Positions 1-8,735 are shown, numbered from the stretch's first letter. The stretch: 13,142 nt of DNA from Fidelibacterota bacterium (GCA_034723415.1 JAYEOX010000029.1:1-13142); one strand, 5' to 3'. Made by a program: numbers and translations. Notes: generated by a model not told the origin, from the letters alone.

Positions 1-753
1 TATTTTTTGATATAAAATAGTAAGGTAAGATCCCGAGTGAATAATCTTTCCTTTTAAAATTTCAAAAATATTTAATGGATGTTGTTTATTAATTTTGAAA
101 TATACACTCCTTTTCCAATCAACAAATTTATATACACCCATTCTTCTGTAAATGGGAATATCCTGTTTAAAATTCATTGTAAATCCAACACCGTTTTTAT
201 AATCGTATTTTTTTAAGATCTTTATGATTTCTTTATTATAATATCCGAAAGGAAAGCCAAAGCCGTCAATCGTAATATTAAACATTTTTTCTAATTCGAT
301 TTTTGAATTTTTCACTTCATTAATGATTTGTTCGTTGGTTAAGTTTATCAATGCTTTATGAGAAAAAGAGTGCGAACAGATTTCCCAATTAGAATCGATC
401 ATTTCTTGTAATTGAGATTGTTTTGCATGTTTGAATTTGATACCAAAAATATTTGCATCCCAAGTGTTATATTTTCCAATAAAATTTACAATTACGAAAA
501 TTGATGCAGTAAATCCCAGTTCTTTTAAAATCGGCAAGGCATAATGATAGATATTTTCATAAGCATCATCAAAAGTAATGACGAATTTATTTTTCTGCGG
601 GTCTTGCAAATAATTCTTTAAACTGCAACCGATATATCCTTTTTGTTTTAAGAAACTCATCTGCTTTTTAAAACTTTTTGGACTGATCGTAGTCAATCCG
701 GCTTCAAATTGAGGTGAGATTTTATGATAAACCAATATTGGGATTTCTTTCAA
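1..753 (-). CDS. Polysaccharide deacetylase (CE4/NodB family), 3' end truncated by the window edge
   Basis: Not in the ORF track; translated by hand from TTG at 753-751, and the frame appears open to position 1: MKEIPILVYHKISPQFEAGLTTISPKSFKKQMSFL...KFVITFDDAYENIYHYALPILKELGFTASIFVI...WEICSHSFSHKAL...GFGFPFGYYN. It carries CE4 motif 1 (TFDD), motif 2 (HSxxH) and a motif 3-like FPFG, and starts 15 nt after the M16 peptidase stop. Confidence 0.9.
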   Translation of the reverse strand, partial: MKEIPILVYHKISPQFEAGLTTISPKSFKKQMSFLKQKGYIGCSLKNYLQDPQKNKFVITFDDAYENIYHYALPILKELGFTASIFVIVNFIGKYNTWDANIFGIKFKHAKQSQLQEMIDSNWEICSHSFSHKALINLTNEQIINEVKNSKIELEKMFNITIDGFGFPFGYYNKEIIKILKKYDYKNGVGFTMNFKQDIPIYRRMGVYKFVDWKRSVYFKINKQHPLNIFEILKGKIIHSGSYLTILYQKI

Positions 754-768
754 AATATTCCCGTTAAC

Positions 769-2007
769 TTAGTTTTTATTTGGTGTTAATAGATAATAAT
801 GAAACTTATTCTCATCAAATAATTCATTTGCCATTCTTTGGATATCTGATAAAGTAACTTCTTCTAAAGAAGATAATATTTCATCAATTTCAATAAATTT
901 ACCAAACTGAATATTCGTTTGCACCATTTTTTCCATTCTGCTCAATATACTTTCTAAACCAAAAACCAAAGCTCCTTCGTACTGTTTTTTTATTTTATTC
1001 AACTCTGCTCTTGACATTGAATTATTTTTAATTTTGTTAAATTCTTTCCAGATCAATTCATTAATGTCGTCTATTCTGTTTTTATCTGTTCCAACATATA
1101 TTCCAAATATTCCTGTATCTTTATACATATTGGTAAATGAATAAATGCTGTAAATAAAACCATATTTTTCGCGAATATTTTGGAATAATCTTGAACTCAT
1201 TCCTGCTGATAATAGGGCGTTTAATATTTTGTAAGTATAATGATCTTTATTTTTGTATGAATATGCTCGTCGCCCCAAGAAATAATGCGTTTGTGAAATA
1301 TTTGCACTTTTTTCAATTTTTTTTTCCACCGGGTCTATCAGTTTAACTTCAGGTATTTTTCTGTTTAGAATGTCATAATCATTTAATTGTTCTTTTACAT
1401 ATTTTAAGAATTCTACATGAGAAATGTTTCCGGTACACGAAACTATAATATTTTCAGGAGTATAATTTTTGTTTACAAATTCTTTGATTTTGTTCTGATC
1501 GAATGAATTGATGGTCTGTTTGTTTCCTAAAATATTATAACCCAGCGGATGATCGGGGTACATTTGTTTACAGAAGCCATCAAAAGCAACTTCATTTGGC
1601 GAATCCAAGAATTCGTTGAATTCTTCAATAACTACGGTTTTTTCTTTATTGATCTCGATTTCTGGATATGTGGAGTTTTTAATAATATCAATTAATATTT
1701 CAATGCTGCTTTTAATATTTGTATCCAGCACTTTTGCATAATATCCAGTTATTTCCTTGCTTGTAAAAGCATTTACAGAACCACCGGTGGATTCAATTCC
1801 TTCTGCAATATCTTTTGCTGTGCGTGTTTTTGTCCCTTTAAAAGCCATGTGTTCTAAAAAGTGAGCAGTTCCCATAATTTTCTTGCTTTCATTGCGACTC
1901 CCGACTTTTACAAAAATACCAATTGCAGCAGAACGAGTTGATTTAACTGTTTCGGTAAGGACGGTTATCCCATTCTTTAATCTTGACTTTTTTAAAGTTT
2001 GTTCCAT
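769..2007 (-). CDS. M16B (pitrilysin/insulinase family) zinc metallopeptidase
   Basis: Inverted zincin HFLEH (HxxEH) within AHFLEHMAFKGT, GGSVNAFTSKE, downstream EKTVVIEE, and the C-terminal R/Y motif SSRLFQNIREKYGFIYSI. The ORF track starts at TTG 2040, but ATG 2007 (MEQTLKK), preceded by GGAG at 2014-2011, seems the more likely start. Confidence 0.92.
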   Translation of the reverse strand: MEQTLKKSRLKNGITVLTETVKSTRSAAIGIFVKVGSRNESKKIMGTAHFLEHMAFKGTKTRTAKDIAEGIESTGGSVNAFTSKEITGYYAKVLDTNIKSSIEILIDIIKNSTYPEIEINKEKTVVIEEFNEFLDSPNEVAFDGFCKQMYPDHPLGYNILGNKQTINSFDQNKIKEFVNKNYTPENIIVSCTGNISHVEFLKYVKEQLNDYDILNRKIPEVKLIDPVEKKIEKSANISQTHYFLGRRAYSYKNKDHYTYKILNALLSAGMSSRLFQNIREKYGFIYSIYSFTNMYKDTGIFGIYVGTDKNRIDDINELIWKEFNKIKNNSMSRAELNKIKKQYEGALVFGLESILSRMEKMVQTNIQFGKFIEIDEILSSLEEVTLSDIQRMANELFDENKFHYYLLTPNKN

Positions 2008-2051
2008 ATTCTCCAAAGTTTCATTTAATTCAAATTTCAATTTTAAATAGT

Positions 2052-2080
2052 AAATTATGAAATAATTTGTGTTATTACAA
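2052..2080 (-). promoter_or_regulatory. Putative sigma70-type promoter for the peptidase-deacetylase unit
   Basis: Minus strand reads TTGTAA (2080-2075), N17, TAATTT (2057-2052). The AT-rich context makes a chance match plausible. Confidence 0.35.
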
Positions 2081-2103
2081 TTTTATTTTAATTTTCTGAT
2101 AGA

Positions 2104-2174
2104 ACACGGATCTCAGTTAAATATGCTTCGCGTTTAACGGGATAAATGACACGGATTGAGCGGATTAGCACAGA
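2104..2174. repeat. Short CACGGAT-type direct repeats enclosing an imperfect hairpin (REP-like element)
   Basis: ACACGGAT at 2104-2111 and 2149-2156, with degenerate copies GCGGATT (2160-2166) and GCACAGA (2168-2174). Between them lies the inverted repeat ATC-TCA-GTTAAA...TTTAAC-GG-GAT (2110-2143) around an ATGC-TTC-GCGT core. The stretch is visibly richer in GC than its flanks. Confidence 0.55.
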
Positions 2175-2268
2175 AAGGTTTTGCAAATTATTTGTACTTT
2201 TCATCACAATTCTTTGCAATCTTTATGTCTTTTTTTTGTGATCTTTGCGTGAAACTCATCTTTTCTTC

Positions 2269-2297
2269 TTGATAATTCAACATTTTTAATTTATCTT
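2269..2297 (+). promoter_or_regulatory. Putative sigma70-type promoter for the kdsC-hslV operon
   Basis: TTGATA (2269-2274), N17, TATCTT (2292-2297), about 45 nt upstream of the kdsC start. Confidence 0.5.
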
Positions 2298-2343
2298 ATA
2301 CATTACATTATGGAATAGAAAATAAAAAGGGAAAAAATTAAAT

Positions 2344-2901
2344 TTGAATATAAGCGAAGAATTAAAAGATAAAATAAAAAAGATAAAAATATTAATAACT
2401 GATGTGGATGGGATTCTTACAGATGGCTCATATTATGTTGGTGATATGGGCGAATTTAAAAGATATCACGCATCAGATGGGGCGGCGATCGTTACAGCAA
2501 GATATGCCGATCTGCCAATTGCAATTATTTCCGGACGTAAATCCGGGTCAACTACCAGAAGATGTAAAGAATTAAGTATTCCCGAATCCTTGGTATATCA
2601 GGGTTATATGAATAAAATGGAGCCATATAAGGAGATAATAAAAAAATTTAATGTTTCAGATGAAAATGTCGCTTATGTAGGGGATGATTTAATAGATGAA
2701 CCGTTATTGTTAAAAGCAGGTGTTTCTTTTTCCGTACCAAATGCGAGATTCGAAATTAAAGAAATAGCCGATATGGTTACGGTGGTGAAAGGCGGAGATG
2801 GAGCAATAAAAGAGATCATTGAACTGATTTTAAAAGTACAAAATAAATTTGAACCGGCATTAAATAAATTGCGCAATCATTATAAACAAAAGACAAAATA
2901 G
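2344..2901 (+). CDS. kdsC: 3-deoxy-D-manno-octulosonate 8-phosphate phosphatase (HAD family, KdsC/YrbI)
   Basis: HAD motif I ITDVDGILTDG, motif II IISGRKS, motif IV YVGDDLID, and C-terminal GGDGAIKEIIELIL. Adjacent to kdsD and lpt genes. TTG start. Confidence 0.9.
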   Translation: MNISEELKDKIKKIKILITDVDGILTDGSYYVGDMGEFKRYHASDGAAIVTARYADLPIAIISGRKSGSTTRRCKELSIPESLVYQGYMNKMEPYKEIIKKFNVSDENVAYVGDDLIDEPLLLKAGVSFSVPNARFEIKEIADMVTVVKGGDGAIKEIIELILKVQNKFEPALNKLRNHYKQKTK

Positions 2902-3876
2902 ATGAAAAATTCAATAAATATTGCTGAGAAAGTGATCAACAATGAAATTGATGCTATAAAAAAATTGTTGAATCGTTTAGACAATAATTTCGAAAAAATT
3001 GTACAGGAAATTTTAAATTGTGAAGGGAAAGTTATCATTATTGGTGTTGGGAAATCCGGACATGTCGGCAGAAAAATTTCATCAACTTTATCCAGCACCG
3101 GAACACCTTCTTATTTTTTGCATCCATCTGAGGCAGTACACGGCGATTTAGGAATAATTACCTCGACAGATATTATTTTGTTGATCTCTAACAGTGGACA
3201 ATCAAACGAAATTATTAATTTACTTCCTATAATTAAAAAATTTGGTGTAAAAATAATTTCATTAGTAGGGAATACAAATTCAACTATCGCCAGACAAAGT
3301 GACTACATTTTTGATATTGGTGTTAAAAAAGAAGCTTGTCCGCTGGATCTTGCTCCCACATCAAGCACTACGGTAACATTAGTGATAGGTGATGCTTTAG
3401 CCGTTTCATTATTGGAGCATAAAAAATTTGAAAAAGAAGATTTTGCATTAAGACATCCCGGTGGTATATTGGGAAAAAAATTATTACTAACAGTAAATGA
3501 TCTGATGCATAAAGAAAATTCTATTCCGTTAGTAACTATAGACACATCTACAAAAGATTTGGTAATGGAGATGACAAGTAAAAACTTGGGAGTTGTGGGA
3601 GTTACTGATAATGAAAAAAAATTGATTGGTATAGTAACTGACGGAGATTTGAGAAGAGGAATCGAAAGATTTAGTAATATTTTTAAAGAGACAACAAAGA
3701 AAATAATGGCAATGGATCCCATAACGATAGAAGGTAAAATTTTAGCTGTTGATGCTTTAAATGTGATGGAAAAGCATAATATTACTTCTCTTTTTGTTAT
3801 GGAAAATGAAAGATCAAAGATCCCGGTTGGAATTATTCATATACATGATATTTTAAAAGCAGGTATCGATCAATGA
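2902..3876 (+). CDS. kdsD: Arabinose-5-phosphate isomerase (KpsF/GutQ family; SIS domain plus CBS pair)
   Basis: GVGKSGHVGRKISSTLSSTGTPSYFLHPSEAVHGDLG, EACPLDLAPTSSTT, HPGGILG, and C-terminal CBS domains (GIVTDGDLRR, GIIHIHDILKAGI). Confidence 0.96.
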   Translation: MKNSINIAEKVINNEIDAIKKLLNRLDNNFEKIVQEILNCEGKVIIIGVGKSGHVGRKISSTLSSTGTPSYFLHPSEAVHGDLGIITSTDIILLISNSGQSNEIINLLPIIKKFGVKIISLVGNTNSTIARQSDYIFDIGVKKEACPLDLAPTSSTTVTLVIGDALAVSLLEHKKFEKEDFALRHPGGILGKKLLLTVNDLMHKENSIPLVTIDTSTKDLVMEMTSKNLGVVGVTDNEKKLIGIVTDGDLRRGIERFSNIFKETTKKIMAMDPITIEGKILAVDALNVMEKHNITSLFVMENERSKIPVGIIHIHDILKAGIDQ

Positions 3877-4574
3877 AAGAGATAAAACAAATGACAAGTC
3901 ATAAGATAATATTTTTCATAGCGCTGCTTATATTGTTAATATCTTGTCATTCCGATTTGGAAGATTACGAATATTTAGTGGATCCGGTCATTACAGAAGA
4001 GGATTCGTTGAATATGATAGTAATAACAGAAGAGGGTAATCCGGAACTCATTATAGAAGATATTTTTAAAATGTTATTTAAAACATTTAAAACAATAGAA
4101 CGAGAGAATCCTGATATTGAAATTAGTCCATTTAGAATTAGATGGGAAATAAAAGACATAGGACATCCGAAAAATTGTTTGGCACATTATGGGATACCGA
4201 TCCCTATTGAAATTGATTCAATTCCAAAAATTATTAAAAAAGAACATCCGGAAGTTAAATTAGAAAAATGGAAATATGGGACGATAGGAAAAATTTTACA
4301 TATTGGTTCTTATAAGGAAGAAAATAAATCAATATTGAAATTAGAAAAATTTATTAATGACAATCATTATACGATAGTTTCTAAATTAGAAGAGGAATAT
4401 TTGAGAGGACCGGGTTTCTTTTTAGAAGGTGATCCCGATGAATATTATACCATTATTCGTTATTCAATAAAAAGCGATAGTTTAATTTATCAAGATTCGT
4501 TGCAAACAAATACTGTTGATACTTTGTTGGAGAAACAAAATATAGATAGTTTATCATTAAAAAATAAAAATTAA
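3873..4574 (+). CDS. GyrI-like small-molecule-binding domain protein, probable lipoprotein
   Basis: Hydrophobic N-terminus ending in the lipobox-like LLISC. C-terminal GyrI-like signature ILHIGSYKEENKSILKLEKFINDNHY...EEEYLRGPG...YTIIRYSI. ATGA overlap with the kdsD stop; alternative start ATG at 3891. Confidence 0.72.
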   Translation: MKEIKQMTSHKIIFFIALLILLISCHSDLEDYEYLVDPVITEEDSLNMIVITEEGNPELIIEDIFKMLFKTFKTIERENPDIEISPFRIRWEIKDIGHPKNCLAHYGIPIPIEIDSIPKIIKKEHPEVKLEKWKYGTIGKILHIGSYKEENKSILKLEKFINDNHYTIVSKLEEEYLRGPGFFLEGDPDEYYTIIRYSIKSDSLIYQDSLQTNTVDTLLEKQNIDSLSLKNKN

Positions 4575-4576
4575 TT

Positions 4577-5122
4577 ATGTTTATAGATAACAAATTGAAA
4601 TATTTTATTATTATTTTGCTTTTTGTTTTTTCTTGCACGAAAATTTCTCAAGAAAAAGAAGAAAACAATGTTGTAGTGTCGGATCAAGAAAGTTGGAACT
4701 CAACTACATTTATTTCAACTAAAGGAATAAAAAAAGCAAAAATATTTTCCGGACATTTATTAAAATATGAAAGTTCCGGTAACATTCTTTTAGGTGATTC
4801 TGTTAATGTAGATTTTTATAACAAGCAAGGTAAACATGTTTCTATACTAATTAGTGATAGTGGCGTAGTAAATGAAACAAGTCAAAATCTAAGAGCAATT
4901 GGAAATGTAGTATTAATTTCAGATACCGGTTATACAATGTATACAGACGAGTTAATTTGGTATAGTGATAGTGAAAAAGTTTTTACTGAAGGGGAAATTG
5001 AATTGTTTTCTGCTGAAGATACTCTCTACGGAACCGGGTTCACAAGCGATGTTAAATTAAAAAATTGGACGATAACAAACCCTCACGGAAAGACATTTAG
5101 AAAATTAAAAGAAAATCAATAA
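4577..5122 (+). CDS. lptC: LPS export ABC transporter periplasmic protein LptC
   Basis: N-terminal anchor with lipobox-like FVFSC and a beta-jellyroll pattern (VNVDFYN..G...S.LISDSG, AIGNVV, MYTDELIW, LYGTGF.SD). It lies directly upstream of lptB. Confidence 0.88.
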   Translation: MFIDNKLKYFIIILLFVFSCTKISQEKEENNVVVSDQESWNSTTFISTKGIKKAKIFSGHLLKYESSGNILLGDSVNVDFYNKQGKHVSILISDSGVVNETSQNLRAIGNVVLISDTGYTMYTDELIWYSDSEKVFTEGEIELFSAEDTLYGTGFTSDVKLKNWTITNPHGKTFRKLKENQ

Positions 5123-5136
5123 ATTCAAAAAATGAT

Positions 5137-5871
5137 ATGACAACTTTAAGGGCAAATAACTTAGTTAAAACATACGGAAAACGAAAGGTCGTAGATGAAG
5201 TTTGTTTAGAGGCGCATAAGGGCGAAATTGTTGGATTATTAGGCCCCAACGGAGCCGGCAAAACAACAACATTTTATATGATCACTGGAATGATCAGACC
5301 TAACTCCGGTGAAATTTATTTAAATGATCAAAAAATTACACAAATGGCAATGTATCGTCGTGCGCAATTAGGTATTGGTTATTTGGCCCAAGAATCGTCA
5401 GTATTTCGTAAATTAACTGTTGAAAACAATTTAAAATTGATTTTGGAAATGATGAAACTTTCTAAAATTGAAATACAAGAAGAGACCGATCGATTATTAG
5501 AAGAATTAAAAATAACCCATATTAGGAAAAATATGGCAATTACATTAAGCGGAGGTGAAAGAAGACGTACAGAAATTGCACGAGTTTTAGCTTCTAAACC
5601 GGATTTTGTTTTACTTGATGAACCGTTTGCCGGTATTGATCCTATTGCGGTTGAAGATATTCAGGAGATAGTAAAAGATTTAAAAAATAAAGGAATTGGT
5701 GTTTTTATAACAGATCACAATGTTCACGAAACACTATCAATAACAGACAGGTCTTACCTGCTTTTTGAGGGAAAAATTCTAAAAGAAGGGACTGCAGATT
5801 TTTTAGCAAATGACCTCGAAGCAAAACGATTGTATCTCGGCGAAAAATTTACTTTGGATAGATATCAATGA
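5137..5871 (+). CDS. lptB: LPS export ABC transporter ATP-binding protein LptB
   Basis: Walker A GPNGAGKTTTFYM, GYLAQE Q-loop, LSGGERRR signature, LLDEPFAGIDP, ITDHNV, and C-terminal YLGEKF. Confidence 0.97.
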   Translation: MTTLRANNLVKTYGKRKVVDEVCLEAHKGEIVGLLGPNGAGKTTTFYMITGMIRPNSGEIYLNDQKITQMAMYRRAQLGIGYLAQESSVFRKLTVENNLKLILEMMKLSKIEIQEETDRLLEELKITHIRKNMAITLSGGERRRTEIARVLASKPDFVLLDEPFAGIDPIAVEDIQEIVKDLKNKGIGVFITDHNVHETLSITDRSYLLFEGKILKEGTADFLANDLEAKRLYLGEKFTLDRYQ

Positions 5872-7253
5872 AATTACATCAAAAACAAATTCAAAAACAG
5901 AAACTTTCACCGAAACAAATTTTATTTGCAAAGTTAATTCAATTGCCGTCAGATCGTTTAGAAGAAGCAATTGAAAACGAATTGGTAGAAAACCCGGTGT
6001 TAGAAATCGACAATGATGCTACAAAAATCAAATTGGAGAAAGAGAGGACAAATAATAAAAATGATGAAGATGCAGACCAATCGTTTGATTGGGAAGACAT
6101 TTATAGTTCGGAAGGAAATAATCATTTTAAGCCGGTATCAACTTATGATGCAAGTAAAAAAGAGACAGATATTGTTCAAGAAGACAAAAAATATTTTATT
6201 GATAAATTACTTGATCAAATACATAAAGCAGGATTAAATGATGATGAGATACAAATTGCCGAAGAATTAATTGGTGATTTAGATGAATCGGGTTATTTAA
6301 CAAACCCAATAGAAAATATTGCATATCAATTAAATGTATCGATTAAAACAATTCAAAAGGTTTTAAAGATCATTCAAAAATTGGAGCCAATAGGAATTGC
6401 TGCTCGTGATTTACAAGAATGTTTATTGTTACAAATTTCTGAAAAAAAAGAAGAAACTTATGTAACAGAAATCTTGAAAGATCATTTTGAGTTATTTGCG
6501 AATCACAACTATGATAAAATTATGAAATTAATGGGGATTTCAAAATCGGAATTGCAACATGCTAAAGATGTAATAAACAAACTTGATCCAAAACCGGGAT
6601 ATATTGATAATGAATTCTCAAATCATTATATTTTACCGGATTTGATAGTTACAAAAAAAGGCGGGGAATTTTTAATCAAACATAATGATTCTCATTTACC
6701 TGAATTAAAGCTTTCGAAAAATTACCAAAAATTGTTTAGTAAAAAAAACAAATTGGACAAAGAGACAGCAGAATATCTAAAAAATAAATTAAATTCGGCA
6801 TCATGGTTTATCGAATCAATACTTAAACGAAGAAATACGATGATCAGAGTAATGAATGCAATTATTGAAAAACAGAAAGATTTTTTTAATGAGGAAACGA
6901 ATAATTTAGTACCAATGAAATTAAATGATATTGCTGAGAAGGTAAAAATGGATGTGTCTACAATTTCAAGAGTTACTAATGGCAAATATGTACAGACACC
7001 ATTGGGGTTGTTTGAATTGAAACAATTTTTTTCTGAAGGTGTGCATGATAGAGAGGGAAATTATGTATCCAGGAATAAGATAATGGATAAGTTAAAGGAA
7101 ACAGTTGCAAATGAAAATAAGAGTTATCCTTTAAGTGATGAAGAAATAACGCAAATAATGGGAAAATATGGATACAATATTGCGAGAAGAACAATAGCAA
7201 AATATCGCAAAATGTTAAATATATCAAGTGCAAAATTAAGGCGGGAAATTTAA
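5868..7253 (+). CDS. rpoN: RNA polymerase sigma-54 factor
   Basis: Gln-rich region I ([14 protein letters not shown]), [43 protein letters not shown], and RpoN box [13 protein letters not shown] overlap with lptB, matching the conserved lptB-rpoN synteny. Confidence 0.97.
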   Translation: MKLHQKQIQKQKLSPKQILFAKLIQLPSDRLEEAIENELVENPVLEIDNDATKIKLEKERTNNKNDEDADQSFDWEDIYSSEGNNHFKPVSTYDASKKETDIVQEDKKYFIDKLLDQIHKAGLNDDEIQIAEELIGDLDESGYLTNPIENIAYQLNVSIKTIQKVLKIIQKLEPIGIAARDLQECLLLQISEKKEETYVTEILKDHFELFANHNYDKIMKLMGISKSELQHAKDVINKLDPKPGYIDNEFSNHYILPDLIVTKKGGEFLIKHNDSHLPELKLSKNYQKLFSKKNKLDKETAEYLKNKLNSASWFIESILKRRNTMIRVMNAIIEKQKDFFNEETNNLVPMKLNDIAEKVKMDVSTISRVTNGKYVQTPLGLFELKQFFSEGVHDREGNYVSRNKIMDKLKETVANENKSYPLSDEEITQIMGKYGYNIARRTIAKYRKMLNISSAKLRREI

Positions 7254-7255
7254 TT

Positions 7256-7798
7256 ATGGAACAAATAAAAAGTACAACAGTTTTAGGGATTCGCCGAAAT
7301 GGTAAAGTAGCCATTGCCGGAGATGGACAAGTTACGCTGGGAAACACAATTATGAAATCCAAAGCAAAGAAAGTTAGAAAAATATATAATGATAAAATAT
7401 TAGCAGGATTTGCCGGGTCAAGTGCAGATGCATTTACTTTATTTGAAAAGTTTGAGAAAAAATTAAAGGAGTTCAAGGGGGATTTAACACGGTCTGCGGT
7501 TGAATTAGCGAAGGAATGGCGATCTGATAAATATCTTCGGAAATTAGAAGCTCTTTTGATTGTAATGGATAATAAGGTTGGTTATATTATCAGTGGAACC
7601 GGCGATGTAATAGACGCTGATGATGAAATATATGCAATTGGTTCAGGCGGTCCATATGCCCTAGCTGCTGCTAGAGCATTGAAAGAAAACACAAAATTAG
7701 ATGCAAGTGAAATTGCTAAATTGTCATTGGAAATAGCCGGATCAATATGTATATATACAAATACCAACATAAAAACATTAGAATTGGGTGAAAAATAA
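7256..7798 (+). CDS. hslV: ATP-dependent protease peptidase subunit HslV (ClpQ)
   Basis: Short propeptide MEQIKS followed by [23 protein letters not shown] (catalytic Thr), [42 protein letters not shown] and ICIYTN. Confidence 0.97.
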   Translation: MEQIKSTTVLGIRRNGKVAIAGDGQVTLGNTIMKSKAKKVRKIYNDKILAGFAGSSADAFTLFEKFEKKLKEFKGDLTRSAVELAKEWRSDKYLRKLEALLIVMDNKVGYIISGTGDVIDADDEIYAIGSGGPYALAAARALKENTKLDASEIAKLSLEIAGSICIYTNTNIKTLELGEK

Positions 7799-7808
7799 CA
7801 ATTATTTC

Positions 7809-7837
7809 TTGTTTAATCGAAATATTATACTTACATT
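7809..7837 (+). promoter_or_regulatory. Putative sigma70-type promoter for the ATPase-wzc-LCP-wza locus
   Basis: TTGTTT (7809-7814), N17, TACATT (7832-7837) in the 101-nt gap after hslV. An AGAGGA Shine-Dalgarno-like site at 7889-7894 precedes ATG 7900. Confidence 0.4.
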
Positions 7838-7899
7838 TTTTAAAAGGAAAAATGGGGGAATCCCATAAAGGTCGAATGTAAATAAAATAGAGGATAATT

Positions 7900-8718
7900 A
7901 TGCAATCTTATGAATATTGGGGGCTAAATGATTATGCATTTAAAGAGAACGCAGGTCCAAAATTTTTTTATAAAAGTACATATCATCAAGAAGCTTTAGA
8001 TCGATTGAATTATATAATAGAATCAAATAATATGGGAATAGGATTATTGACAGGTGAAATTGGATCCGGGAAGACAATGACTCGAAATGTCTTTATTGAT
8101 ACTGTAACAGAAGATTCGTATGAATATGAATTTGCTGTTTTAGAAACATCAGATTTTGCTTTTGTAGATATTCTTACTGATATCGTTGGTCAATTATGTA
8201 ATTATGATGTTTCTCAATTACCAAGGACGAAGTACAAATTGTATAATATGTTGAAAAGCCATATAGAAGAAAAGGTGGCTATTGCAGATAAAAAAATTGT
8301 AATTATTCTTGATGAAGCGCAAAAACTCAGTAGTTCTGTTTTAGATTCTCTAAAAGATCTTACTAACATTGCGTATAAAGATATGTCAGTTATTACTATA
8401 ATTCTTGTCGGACAGCCGGAATTAAAAATGAATTTAAGGAATTTGCCTCAAGTTAATCAGCGCATTAGCTTGAAGTATCATATTGGTCATATGAACTTAG
8501 AGGATACTATTGGTTACATAAAATTTCGTCTTAAGACTGCAGGTTCAAAAAAAGATGTTTTTACCGAGAAAGCGATGAAAGCGATTTTTTATAATACATA
8601 TGGTAGTCCTAGAGAAATAAATCAGATTTGTAGAATAGCATTGGACTATGGATATTCTGAAGAATTAGATGTTATAAGTGACAAAGACATGGAAATAATT
8701 TTTAATGAATTTAGTTAA
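7900..8718 (+). CDS. ExeA/GspA-like AAA ATPase (AAA_22 type, like the PEP-CTERM/EPS-locus ATPase PrsA), stand-alone domain
   Basis: N-terminal YEYWGLNDYAF..FFYKSTYHQEAL, Walker A LTGEIGSGKT, Walker B IILDEAQ, ILVGQPEL, QRISLKYHI, YIKFRLKTAG and GSPREINQICRIAL. No C-terminal TM or peptidoglycan-binding domain. Confidence 0.88.
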   Translation: MQSYEYWGLNDYAFKENAGPKFFYKSTYHQEALDRLNYIIESNNMGIGLLTGEIGSGKTMTRNVFIDTVTEDSYEYEFAVLETSDFAFVDILTDIVGQLCNYDVSQLPRTKYKLYNMLKSHIEEKVAIADKKIVIILDEAQKLSSSVLDSLKDLTNIAYKDMSVITIILVGQPELKMNLRNLPQVNQRISLKYHIGHMNLEDTIGYIKFRLKTAGSKKDVFTEKAMKAIFYNTYGSPREINQICRIALDYGYSEELDVISDKDMEIIFNEFS

Positions 8719-8735
8719 TTTATTGGATTTTTGTT

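Noticed and set aside
2104..2174. CRISPR array or tRNA/ncRNA in the intergenic repeats
   Set aside because: The repeats are only 7-8 bp and irregularly spaced, there are no cas genes in the window, and no cloverleaf or known riboswitch pattern is evident.
7799..7899. Sigma-54 (-24/-12) promoter, ops/JUMPstart element or intrinsic terminator upstream of the EPS locus
   Set aside because: No TGGCAC-N5-TTGC or GGCGGTAG match was seen, and the only hairpin is short and lacks a U-tract.
7900..8718. Idea that the AAA ATPase after hslV is a replacement HslU
   Set aside because: Its motifs are ExeA/AAA_22 type, with no HslU I-domain, GYVG pore loop or HslU-like C-terminal activating tail. Its family context fits the downstream EPS genes.
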